DNA of 64,000 bases from Octopus sinensis. Its lineage: Eukaryota. The translations under genes were made by a program, and so were the position numbers. Shown piece after piece: positions 13,501-26,897 of this stretch. The first letter of the stretch is position 1. Each line of letters starts with the position of its first letter. Location of the stretch: contig NC_043011.1 in the NCBI RefSeq assembly GCF_006345805.1, positions 22,828,464-22,892,463 of the forward strand. Reading direction: 5' to 3'. The notes below the pieces were generated by a model. It was not told where the DNA came from and did no database searches. It was given only the letters and a program-made list of their open reading frames with translations.

Positions 13501-16500
13501 CCATTTGTATGATAAACATTCATTTACAACAATTATATAATGTCAAGGCAAGGAGACAGTAAGACACACAAATACATGTACACACACACACATTATATAT
13601 ATATATATATATATGTCTGTCCTTGTTTGTCCCCTCTAGGTTTAGCCCGTTGTGGGCAATAAAGAAATAAGAAACTGAAAGAAACCTGTCATATATATAT
13701 TTGTGTGAGTGTGTGTGTCTGTATTTGTCTCACAACCACTACCACCATCACAGCTTGACAACCGGTGTTGGTGTGTTTACACTCCCATAACTTAACAGTT
13801 CAGCAAAAGAGACTGATATGATAAGTACTAGGCTTAAAAGATAAGTTCTGGGGTTGATTTGCTTGAATAAAATCCTTCAAGGCAGTGCTCCAGCACGGCC
13901 GCACTCAAATGATTGAAACAAATAAAAGAATGTTATTTATATTGTATAGAAATGATAAGAACGTAAGTGAACAGTTGTACTAACAGTTTTGAAAGATGTG
14001 CTGGTAGTTGGCCTTTACCGGACAAGGGTGCTTGGTGAGCCACATAATTGGTAAACTTGACAACATCTGGACAAACATGTTTCTGAAAACCATGATATAT
14101 ATACATATATGTCAGTCTATAAAAGTTTAACAATAAGAAAGTAATAAAAAAAAAAGGTCAAAACCATGTCAGTAACCTAATGAAAATACCATTCGAGTAA
14201 TACTTGTGTTACATAATCTCAAACAATACCAATTCGTAACAGCAGCGAGAGAATGTGTGTGTGAGAGATAGAGAGAGAATGTGTGCGAGAGAAAGAGAGA
14301 GAATGTGTGTGAGAGATAGAGAGAGAATGTGTGTGAGAGATAGAGAGAGAATGTGTGTGTGTGAGAGAGAGAGAGAGAGAAACAGACAGAGAAAGAGAGA
14401 GATCCAGTATATCTTGTTATATGGCTGGTTAGGAGGGCTGCCTGAAACCCAGCAGAACAAAAGAAATAATGCATGTCAAAAGTACAGATGAACATATAAG
14501 GTCAATGGATATCTGACAGTAGCAGCACATAAGGACAGAAATACTTGAGATGGTGAAGAAGCAGACATCATGATCCCTTTGAGTGTGATGGACTCTTAGT
14601 TCTTGCCAGAACATCTCAGAGAAAGGTTGACAGGGGATCTTAGAAGTAGTGGGAAAGTATGGGGTGTGTGACCTACTTGCACTCTCTGCTGACTTATGGG
14701 TTAGTACAGGAAGACAAAGTCTAGAGCAGAACACTTTGAGAGAACAGGCTGTCTTTAACCTTTTAGCATTCAGAATACTCTGTCGAATGTAATGCTTATT
14801 TATTCAGATTGTTTTGAATTTATCATGCATTGTCTCATAGTTCCCAGATTTCGATGAAGTGTAGGGTAAGTGTAAGAGGTCAGATTTGGTTGGTTTGAAC
14901 ATAAAAATAGATAGAATATTTGAGCAGGACACAGCCAGGTTTAAATGCTAATAGGTTAATGTGGTTTCAGATAAATTGCATTTCCTGCAGCTTGAAAGAA
15001 TTACTAGTTGTTCTGGGTCACCCATTTCCACAGGGTTTATCTCCCCCGTAACAAAGAGAGTGATACCAAGAAATTCCCTTAAAGCTTCATTGTGCATGTA
15101 TTGTATCCTACAATATGAATAGCAGTTCTTGGATCTCAAGAATAGGGATTGCCACTGCAGCAGTCAGGGTATCATGTGCTTCTGTGATGATGAAATATTG
15201 TCACTACTGTGATTTTCATGCTAATGAGGGCACATGGCAGATGTAGCAGAGGAAGCAGCTGTTAAAATTCTCCAGTTATTTGTGCTGATGCACTCCAAGC
15301 AGTAGTAGCCATTAAAGTCTACAATTGAAGGAAAGACAGGAAGAAAGAAGAAAAAGAAAGGAGGAAGGAAGGAAGAAAGAAGAAAGGAGGGAAGGAGGAA
15401 GGAAGAAAGAAAAGGAGGGAAGGAAGAAGGAAGAAAGGAGGAAGAAAGAAGAAGAAGAAAGAAAGAAGAAAGAAAGAAAGAAAAGAAGAGAAGGAAAGGA
15501 GAGAAGAAAAAAAAGGAAAGAAAGAAAGAAGAAAAAGAAAGAAAGAAAGAAAGAAAGAAAAAAAGGAAGGAAGAATGATTACATTAAATTACAAACTCAG
15601 ACCATCAGCTGATGATGGTTTGTGTCAAGCAATAAGCAAGTATATTTAGTCATCTGACCTACTAGAAACAGCAGACAAACTCTCCTAATAATAACATCCT
15701 ACTGTCATTTAAAAAGAAAGGGCACAGACAATATAGCTCTATGGATACTGAGTCTGAACAAAAGACAGGATGAACATGGTTGGAATGTCTTTTGATCATA
15801 AGTCTTCAACAATCAGGGCTGCCCTGAGACTAAACATCTGAATCAATTTCAATCACCAGAAGACAATTACAACAGGCTGCATGTCTTTTCATGCTAATAT
15901 GGGTTAGATAGTAGTAAACTGCTGATTGTATTGCCATGTGGAATGGGTTTTTTTTTTTCTTCTGAAAGCTCTACCATTCAGACAACTAAAGCAAAATAGC
16001 TGGGAAACAATAAAAATATTTTTGAAAGTTGTTGGAGCAGAATCTTTTTACAGTAGCTAGCTGCCCTTGTAACACCAATGACTCAGTGACGAAGAGTCTA
16101 TACTTAGTTTGAGTTGCTTTGTGTCAGCATTCAATGCAAGCCCTTCTAAATCATCATTTCAACATCCACTTTTCCATGCTTCCATTGTTCAGACAGAACT
16201 CATCACAGGAGTTTTCTATACAGGATGCCCTTCCTGTCCCTAACACCTGTTTCCAAGCAAGGTAATATTTCTTCAAGTGAAAGCATGTGGCAGCCTGGTG
16301 GTTAGGGTACTGCACTCATGATCACAAGATTGTGGGTTCAAAAGCCTGACTGTGTGGAGTGGTACATTGTATTCTTGAGAAAAATGCTCCATGTCATGTT
16401 GTTCCAGCCCACTTTGCAGTAAATGAGATTTACTGCAACAGATTGGTGTCCTGTTTTCAGTCATTTATATGCCGTGGGAACTGAGTAACTGGTTCCTATG

Positions 16501-19500
16501 AGTCCTAGAACTCAAGACAGTAATATCCAAGGATTGATGAAAATGAACATATCTTCACAGTAAATTGAAAATAAGGAACACAGCTTGTATGACAGTGACC
16601 CTCCTTTACAACAATCATCCGATGTCAAGACAAGGTGATACAAACACATACACACACATGGAAACTTTTACTTCCCATTAATCAATTCCACCCACAAGGC
16701 TTTGGTTGGTGTAGGGTTATTGTAGAAGACATTAGCCCAAGGTGCCATGCAGTGGGACTAAACTTGAAACCACATGGTTAGGAAGTGAACTTCTTCAGCA
16801 TGCAGCCATGTCTGCCTAAAGTGTTATCTATTGTACAGTTTATAAGTTAATAACAAACACCCGAGATGTTTTTTTTACCTGTAAAATTGCCAGCTCCCAC
16901 AAAGAAGAATTATGTGCATGACTATACTCTGGATCATTGACTTCTGGCATGAACTGTCCGCTGCCAGATTGTTCATTTTCAAACATTACATCAGTATATG
17001 GGAAAGACTATCAAAATAAAATATGGTAAAAAAACAAAAACATTAAAATGTTACAGGAGTTCAGATGATTTGATGAAAAAGAAAATATTTAGTATACAAT
17101 ATATGCTGGACAATATTAACCTTTTCAATTACTTTAAATATAACAAAGAATTTAGTAAAATAGCTTAGTTATCATTCAGCTTATGTTAGGAACATAAATT
17201 GTGACTAAGGTTTGGTGGAAGGTTTTAATTCAAAACTTATGAAAACAAGACATTTGTACTCAGAGCCAGAGCTGGGTTGGTAACAAAAGGGTTAAGGCTT
17301 GTCCACTTGTTTATTAATGAATCTCAGTCAAGATTGGAAGACAATTTACTTATTTCCATTTCATTTGATCTGTTGATTTCTTTGTAGGAAAGTGGATCAA
17401 TAGTAGAACACTAAACTAAAAGCTTAATGGCATCAAATTCAAAGACCAGCAAGGAGTTGTCACAGTTTTTAAATCCTTTATAAATGTTCTTGTGGTAGAT
17501 GCCACTGAGAGATGAATTTCATGTTGCATAGAGTGATGCTCAGCAGTTGCTACATGCAGCCTATAGTCAAATCAAGGTCTCAAATCTAATGCCAAAGCAG
17601 ATCATGATCAAGACATCATCATCATCGTTTAACGTCTGCCTTCCATGCTAGCATGGATGGGACAGTTTCACAAGAGCTGGACAGGCAGAAGCCTGCACCA
17701 CACTTCTGTGACTGTTTTGGCAGGATTTTTACAGCTGGATGCCCTTCTCAACACCAACCACTCAGCAAAGTGGACTTAGCGCTTTTTATGTGGCACAAGC
17801 ACAGGCAAGGTTAGTTTTGGCAAAGTTTTTACAGCTGGATGCCCTTCTAAACACCAACCACTTACAGTGTGGACTGGGTGCTTTTAAGTAGCACCTGCAC
17901 TGACAGGGTCACCAATTACTTACAAAACAAAAAAAAATTTTTTCAAGAGGGGAGGGGACATTGGAAGAGGTGATCTTGTGTCAGATGACGAAAGGTTATA
18001 GTGAGACAAAGATATAGAAACAGGTGTCTTGCTGTAGAGGAAGTACAAGGTTAACTGGCTGGAGAGAGAGAGAGAGAGAGATCAGGAATGAAAACAGAAG
18101 CAGATGTGTTACTGCAAAGGAACTACATAGTTACCCAACCTGAGGGAAGTGCAGGAGAAGGAGAGAGAGTGGGAGACAGCAGGATAGTGGCAAAATGCCA
18201 GACATCAGATTTCATCACATGCTGGGGAGAGAAACTAGAAGTAGTTGGTAGCTTCTGTTACCTAGGTGACCAAGTCTGTAGTGGGAGTGGATGCTCAGAG
18301 AGCATTACCACTAGAATAAGAATAGACTGGAAAAAATTCAGAAAGCTTCTACCCCTACTGGTGACAAAGGGCCTCTCTCTCAGAGTGAAAGGTAAATTGT
18401 ACGATGCATGTATGCGAACTGCCATGCTTCACGGCAGTGAAACGTGCTGTGACTGCTGAAGACATGTGTAGGCTTGAAAGAAATGAAAGCATGATCCGCT
18501 AGATGTGTAATGTCAGTGTATACAAATGACAGAGTGTGAGCGCCCTGAGAGAAATGTTGGACATAAGAAGCATCAGATGTGATGTGCAAGAGAGACATCT
18601 GCGCTGGTATGGTCATGTACTACGGATGAATGTGGAGAGCTGTATGAAGATGTGCCACTCCCAAACAGTGGAAGGAACTTGTGGTAGAGGGAGACCCAGG
18701 AAGACATGGGATGAGGTGGTGAAACATGACCTTCGGATGATGGGCCTTACAGAGGCAATGATGAAAGACCGAGACCTCTGGAGATATGCTGTGACTGAGA
18801 AAACCCAGCAAATAAAGTGAAATCACAGCTGTCGCCTACACCAGTGTTGCATAACCAGCCCACTCGCACCACATTGACTGGCTCCCATGCCAGTGTCATG
18901 TAAAAGTACCATCCAAACATGGTCAATGCAAGACCCTCCTGGCTCCCGTGCCAGTGGCACGTAAAAGCACCATTGAAATGTGGTTGATGCCAGCCCCCTC
19001 TGGCCCCTGTTCCGGTGGCATGTAAAAAAGCACCCACTACACTCTCGGAGTGGTTGGTGTTACAAAGGGCATCCAGCTGTAGAAACATTGCCAGATCAGA
19101 TTGGAGACTGGTGCAGCTTCCTGGCTTCCCAGACCCCAGTCGAACCGTCCAGCATGGAAAACGAATGTTAAATGATGATGATGATGACTCACAAAGGACG
19201 GAGATGAGAATATAAATGGGATGGTTGAGTAAAGGAAGAGAGAGATATAGATGGTGGCAAGTGTCAAGGCATACTCTTGACGTTTGAATGCCATAACATA
19301 AGTGGCAGGATATTGCAAAGGAAGTGTGATTAAAGAATTCGGAGGGGGGAGAATGAGTGGCAGAAACCTGGCTATATATAGAGTCAGGGTGGGGGCTACT
19401 GAATATCAATGATACAAAGGAACGGGGCTGTGAGGACAGGGTTGGGGAGTGAGAGCAAGGCATAGTGGATGAAGGAGGAACTGAGAGAAAGAGATGTGGA

Positions 19501-22500
19501 GATGTAGATTGGTTTGTTGCGTTGAGGTAAGTAGAAAGTTTTCTTGTTACATGTGGGTGGAACACACAGGTCGGAGGCTAGCAGATAGCAATAATACAGT
19601 GAGACGGGGGCATGTGGGTGGAACACACAGGTCGGGAGCTAGTGGAGAGCAATGACACAGTGGCACAGAGCCAAGAGGTCAAGATTGGGGAGTGAGAGGT
19701 AAGCATAGTGCATGAAGCAGAAAGGTGAGGAAGGAAAGAGATGTAGAGATGTAGTTTGGTTTGTTGTGGAAGAGTGTGTGAGAAGTTCTTTTTTGTTAAG
19801 TGTAGGTGAGACACACAACACTTCTAGAACTCAGTTTTGCTGATGTAGGCAGGTCTTCTCTAGAAGACAATGAGGTTAAAATTTCAGATTGTGTGTTGAG
19901 GCAGCATTTTGTGGCCTTTTTAAGGCTGAGATTTTGTGCTTGGTCAACCAAGGTGACGAAACATCTCTTAGTTGTATAAAGTACTTCTGCTTCTTAAAGA
20001 GAGCCTTTTTACTCATTTGATTTACAAGGACTAACTGTAACTGCTAATAATTTTTTAAAAATACTAAAACAAAAGAAGACCTGAAGGGCATTAATAGACA
20101 TAAAGTGCTAAAAATAAAGCAATGGAATAACTGAAGAATGAATATTTGGCATCGCAATGGCACTAAATAATTAAACTCTTACAAGACTTACATGTATAAG
20201 ACTGCGGACAACACCAAGGAGAGCTATAGAAGCTTCTGGTAAGGTCTGCAATGCAATAGTCGAGAGACGCTTCATGAAGGCCAACACACGATGTTTGGTA
20301 ATCTGAAGTAGAAAACAAAGTACAAAATTCATGTATGTGGCTAATTAAAACATAGAAATAAAATGGTATGGTCTTTTTTCTCATTAACTTATTTGTCTAA
20401 TCTATGTTGGCATGGATTATGAAAGAAATTGACAAGAAGGCAATAGAATATCTCATATAAAAGGTAGACTTCTTTTCAATACATTTCAAGTTCAATTCAT
20501 TTGTATTCAACTATAATACATTTGTACAATACACCCTTTTAATACCAAAATCAAAATTAAAGGTACAAATATTACTTGGTATCAAGATGCAAAATTTTTC
20601 CCCACCAATTTTATTAAGAAAAACACAATAATGTAATAATTTTTTATTATTTGATTTTACTTTAATTGTTATGTATAAACGACAAACTAATAGATTAGAC
20701 TATCAAAATTTAGTAGATCTTAACAGTTTTTCTCTCTGGTCAGCAGAGGATGTGGGATCAGAGAGGCATTGCTGCAGCTTTTTAGAAAGATTGAAGCAAA
20801 ATTATCAAGTGCTATTCAGAAAATACAGGTTTGACTTTTATCTGGAACTCACTTTTAAACAACATTTATTTCAGTAGCAATGAACAAGAAGAAACAATAA
20901 ATTTACCTGTCTTTTACGCTTGAAAATAGTTTCTTCTAATGTGTTCAAAAGAAGAAGCATGTACTCACTAGACTCGCCTGGAAAACAAAAGGAAATGTCT
21001 TAATATTTTTTACTTATGGCAGTCAAAAGGTTAAAGTTTCTCAGAAAAATTAGAGTAATATAAACCAATGAAATCCTATTTCTTTACTGCCCACAAGGGG
21101 TTAAACACAGAGGGGACAAACAAGGACAGACACAGGTATTAAGTCGATTATATAGACCCCAGTGCGTAACTGGTACTTAATTTATCGACCCCGAAAGGAT
21201 GAAAGGATAAACCAATGAAATCCAATCTATAACCACAGAGGGGCCAAAAAATTTCATCTTAAGAATCGCCCACATTTAACATGAGATGAGAGAGACTCTA
21301 AAAGGTGGCTTGATCCATTACAAATAGCAACTAAAAATCTAAAAATGACATCCTACAACCTCAAAAGAGGACGTGTTTGACAACGTAATCTTAAATATAC
21401 AACATGAGGACAGTCATGGCTAGGTCTTTGATCATAGGTCTTCATGTTCAGGGTCAACCAAGGACTAGAGAACAATATAAATAATAAATGACATAAAGCT
21501 ATTAATTGAAGAAAAAAAACACTAAAAGCACAAATTAATACTCGAGTATGATTAATTTAAAGAATATTTTGAAGTTGAGAATCAAAGAATGTACACTAAT
21601 TATTTTAATCCTATAACTGTTAAAACTCTTAATCTATTCAGATCAGAGAGGTACCATTAAAATTTCCTTTTCATTTAGTATATTTTGGGAACAGCGACTC
21701 AACTTGTCAGAGCTTAACCCTCTTCATGCTATAGTGACAAAGAAACTAGACCTATCACCTTACATCCATTTTCCATGATAACATGGATAAGACATCTCAT
21801 GGTGCTTAGAGCCAGTTCTTATTCAGAGCTATTGCCTTCCTAGTCAAATATTTAGGCATAATTTCTTCTGTAATTGGATGCCCTGCCTACCACCAATCTC
21901 TTTACAGAGTGTACTGGGAGCATTTTATTGCGGCACCAAAACTAGAGAGGTTGACATGTTCTCTTAACATGTGTGCCAAATACTTTACAGACACAAATAA
22001 ATGACTGGTCTATTTTACAATGCTACAGTTGATACATAGTTTAGTTATTGCAACATTTGCAACACCTATCTACTATATGTATCCATTAGAGTATTCTACA
22101 GAAATCTGTAGTCATGGAATTAATGCACATTTAGTATGACAGGGCCTAGGTTACACATCAACCACCACCTGAGCAGACGACCATTATATTTGGAGCAGTA
22201 GTAGTCAATTTATTCAACAGTAGTACTCATCATCAACGTTTAACACCCATTTTCCATGCTGGCATGGCTTGACAAGAACTGGCAAGGCTAGAGGCCACAC
22301 CAGGTTTCATCGTCTGTTTTGGCATGGTTTCTACAGCTGGATGCCCTTCTTAACACCGACCACTTTACAAAGTGTACTGGGTGCTTGTTATGTGCTACCA
22401 ACAACCACACCAAAGCTTTTTACAGGGCATCTTGATTTCAGGATCTCAATTTTGTTGTGGTATGTGGGTCGTTTTAAGTATGCTGTGGTAGGGAGATCTT

Positions 22501-24028
22501 CTTGAGTATGTTATGGTGGGCGGGTCTTCTTGAGTATGTTATGGTGGGCGGGTCTTCTTGGGTATGTTGCGATGGGTAGGTCTTCTTGGGTATGTTGTGT
22601 GGGTGGGTCTTCTTGGGTATGTTGTGGTGAGTGGGTCTTCTTGGGTATGTTGTGGTGGGCAGGTCTTGGGTATGCCATGGTGGGTAGGTCTTCTTGGGTA
22701 TGTTGTGGTGGGTAGGTCTTCTTGGGTATGTTGTGGTGGGTAGGTCTTCTTGGGTATGTTGTGGTGGGTAGGTCTTCTTGGGTATGTTGTGGTGGGTGGG
22801 TCTTCTTGGGTATGTTGTGGTGGGTGGGTCTTCTTGGGTATGTCATGGTGGGTAAGTCTTCTTGGGTATGTTGTGGTGGGTGGGTCTTCTTGGGTATGTT
22901 GTGGTGGGTGGGTCTTCTTGGGTATGTCATGGTGGGTAAGTCTTCTTGGGTATGCCATGGTGGGTAGGTCTTCCTGGGTATGTTGTGGTGGGTAGGTCTT
23001 CTTGGGTATGTTGTGGTGGGTGGGTCTTCTTGGGTATGTTGTGGTGGGTGGGTCTTCTTGGGTATGTTGTGGTGGGTGGGTCTTCTTGGGTATGTTGTGG
23101 TGGGTAGGTCTTCTTGAGAAATTATTTTAACCTTTGAAGCATGCAAAGTGAAGTCAATCACAGCAGGATTTGCACTCAGAACATAAAACAATATAACTAA
23201 ATACTCTTTGACATTTTCACTGGTGCTTTACCCATTCTGATAATCTAGTACATTAATAGACAAGAATATTGTGTTTTTGTTTTCTATTATGTCTTCTTAC
23301 CTGCATTTAGTGATATGATTCTGTGGTAGAAATATTTGTAGAAATGCACTGGATCAATGTTTAAAACATTGCCTTGTCCAGAAAGTATCATAAAAGCAGT
23401 TAAGGTGCATTGTATAGTCTGCTGCAAGGTCAAGCTCTGGAAGAGAAAGAAAATTACAAATATTAACCAACCAATTTTTTGAAAAACTAACATAACTAGC
23501 ATGACTGATTGACTCTACTGACTGACAGACAGACAATGATTCAAGTAAACAAATAAAACTGCTTGAGCTAGATTTATACAATATACATGTAAATAGAGAG
23601 ATACAAAGACTGAAAATATTCAGATTATAAACATTCATGTATAAATATGTAGATATTTATATGAGTGGCTGTGTGGTAAGTAGCTTGCTTACCAACCACA
23701 TGGTTCCGGGTTTAGTCCCACTGCGTGGCAACTTGGGCAAATGTCGTCGACTATAGCCTCAGGTTGACCAAAGCCTTGTGAGTGGATTTGGCAGGCGGAA
23801 ACTGAAAGAAGCCTGTCATATATATGTATATATATATATATGTGTGTATGTATGTTTGTGTGTCTGTGTTTGTCTCCCCAACATAGCTTGACAACCGATG
23901 CTGGTATGTTTACATCCCTGTAACTTAGCAGTTTGGCAAAAGGGACCGATCGAATAAGTACTAGGCTTACAAAGAATAAGTCTTGGGGGTCGATGTGCTC
24001 GACTAAATGACTGAAACAAGTAAAAGAG

Positions 24029-24120
<92 letters not shown>

Positions 24121-26863
24121 ATATATATATATATAGTGGAGGGGGGAGGTTGCTTATTATAATCAAAGATAATGTTAACTAACAGTTACTGTTATTAAAA
24201 ATTGATAGATTCCAAACACTCACAATATTGTTATATCCTCTATTTAACACTATCAACTGGTTATTGTTACTCAAGGGACTCAGTCACAAAGTGAGGTCAT
24301 GCAGTTGTCAGCCAGGCTAGTGTAACGCTTTTTATAGAAGGACATAGTGCATAATGCATGCTATGGGCCCATACTGATGCTTGTCAGTCCAGCCATATAG
24401 ACATTTTTTTAATATCATTTCTAGAGAGAGAGAGAGGTGGGGGGGGTGTTGATGTGGACTTTTGAAGATTGAAGCCTTTAACCTTTTTGATACTAACCTG
24501 CCTTAGACTACCCTTGGTTCTATGATGAAAACTTCCCGTTTTAAAGTGATCTAAATTAAAACCTTCCATCAGAATTTCTTGTTAATTTATGTTCTAAAAT
24601 ACAGCTTAATAACAAAGTTACTAAATTCTTCATTATTTTCCAAACTGACTGAAATAAAGGCAGTACATAACAATGAGTTTATTATATTCAATGCTCAGAT
24701 GCACTGCAACTTGTCAGAAAAGTCAAAAGTGTACAGAAAGCAGGCATGTGAGTCAAGTAAAGAAAGTCAGTAGTGAAAGGTAGAAGTACATACACAGTAC
24801 ACAGAATAAAAAAAACACACATAAGATAGGAAAATGGACATTAAGAGAGTCATAAAGAGGAAAGGGTGCATAGGCATGTCAGGAACAGTGTTGGTGAATT
24901 TTAGGAAGCATGGAATCTTTGAAGGATGCAGTGCCCTGACAGTTAACAACTGATGGGGGTAGTTTATTCCATGCTTTAAGAATTCTGAGTGGGAAAAATT
25001 TTTTTGGGAAAATTATAGGTGTCGAACAGTTTTTTGATTTTATAATCATGTCCATGAGTGGTAGAGGTATTAAATTCAAAAAGAGCTCTTCACACATCCC
25101 CCACCCCCACACACTCAGGAAAAACTACACCCCAAACACACCATAAACCCATAAATCTACAGCAGACATATAAAACAAAATTCAAACAATAAAATTAAAA
25201 GCTGAACCATGAAATGAGGTCAGCAAAGCCAGTGCAGACACCCACTAATACACAAACACACATACAAGTGGCTACATGGGCATACACACATGTATGTACA
25301 TGCACAAACAAACCCATCGGTCATCACCTTTACTTCTTCTCCTAAACTACACACACACATAAGCAACAAGGTCTCAGACAGGAAAACATGGCCTCTAACA
25401 AACTGGGAGAGAAGTCACTGAAAATGTTGTGATGTCAACAAAAAAACTTTGATGAACATAAAAAAAAAACCCCAATATCATTGACTGTTTAACCAACAAG
25501 TGATTAGCTAGTTGGATAGATATTTAACCAACTGACTAATAATAACAGAGTGGAACTAAACCAGTGCATGTGTTATTAATATTGGCGTAATGACCCTTCC
25601 TAGACACAGCTAAAGGGTCAAAATTGCTGTTGGCAAAATGGTGGATAATTTTGTGGGATTCTACCAAGTCAGCTACTAGATGGTGAAACTTTAGTGTGGC
25701 AATACCTAGAAACAAAATATGTTCAGGATATAATAAGTGACTGAGAGAGGATGTTTGTCCAGTTGCATGTCTCTGGGCAGCTCCCAGCAGACCGATATTT
25801 TGGACAAGATGAAGTTTCCAGACTGAAGACTGTAAATGTACCACAGCCATGTATAACTTTAAATAGATAGCTGGGAGAATAAAACTGTAGTTTGGTACTG
25901 AGACACAATTCAAGGATGCTATGAAGGTGAGCTGAAAAGTTCATAGCTAGAGCTGTGAAATCTTGCATGCATTAATTTCAACTCTTCTTATTTATAGATG
26001 CATTGTTTCTTTCCCAGTAAACTGACATCTGACTCTTCAAAGAAGACTTCAAAAGTTATTAGCAGTAACTTTGCTTGAAAATGGGCAAAATTTGGTATTG
26101 TGGTGTATCCATTTTTCATCCATGGTGAAACATTTCAGAAAATCAGAGTGGGAAAAAAAAAAGAAAAAAATAGAATCTTCAAAAATTCACAACACTCAGA
26201 TATCATATAAAATAATATCAGACAGTGTAACTCAATTGTGCACATAGTGAAATCATGTATTTTCACGGGTGTACTAAAGAGATTTGTGACAGAAATTCTC
26301 ATTTTAATATGACTAGGTTATTTCAGCTGTTTTCAGGCAGGATGGAAATATTTGCCAATAAAATTCTCAGCAAATTACAGCTGCTTTAGTATCAAAAGGG
26401 TTAAATTGCTAACATTAGAACTTCAAAACTCACCTGGCTTGCAATCATACTTTTCAGTGTGCTGAAAAGGTCTTCAAAATAATCAATATTCACAAAATGA
26501 GCAAATCTGGAAAAAAGACGAAAAAAGAGGAATAAAACCAACAATTAACAAATAAACACGGGTAAATTGTCTACTAAATATTCAATATCCACATTTGTTT
26601 GATTTTATATTTGCTGACATATCTATTCATCATGACTTAACATCCACTTTCCATGCTTGCATGGATCAGATGGAATTTGTCGAGGCAGTTTTTCTATCGC
26701 TGGGCACCCTTCCTGTTGCCAACACTCACCTGGTTCCAAGCAAGGTAATACATCCCCAATGGCCAGACATGGTTTTGCAGAATATCAGAAATGAATGACA
26801 CTGCTTGTAAGGCAGTGACACTCATTTACAACTATTATGTGATGTCAAGACAAGGAGATACAA

Positions 26864-26897
<34 letters not shown>

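Noticed and set aside
15325-15612. K/E/R-rich 95-aa ORF
   Set aside because: Translation of a polypurine microsatellite.
18747-19565. 272-aa minus-strand ORF
   Set aside because: Antisense read-through of the RTE 3' UTR and an unclassified repeat; no protein motif.
20671-20877. Plus-strand 68-aa ORF near NOC3L exon 16
   Set aside because: It lies antisense within intron 16, with no homology or splice support.
22478-23116. CRISPR-like array
   Set aside because: The units are contiguous with no unique spacers, in eukaryotic context with no cas genes.
22511-23191. 226-aa repetitive ORF and overlapping ORFs
   Set aside because: These are translations of the 28-bp minisatellite, which lacks stops in those frames. 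They have no splice or start context.
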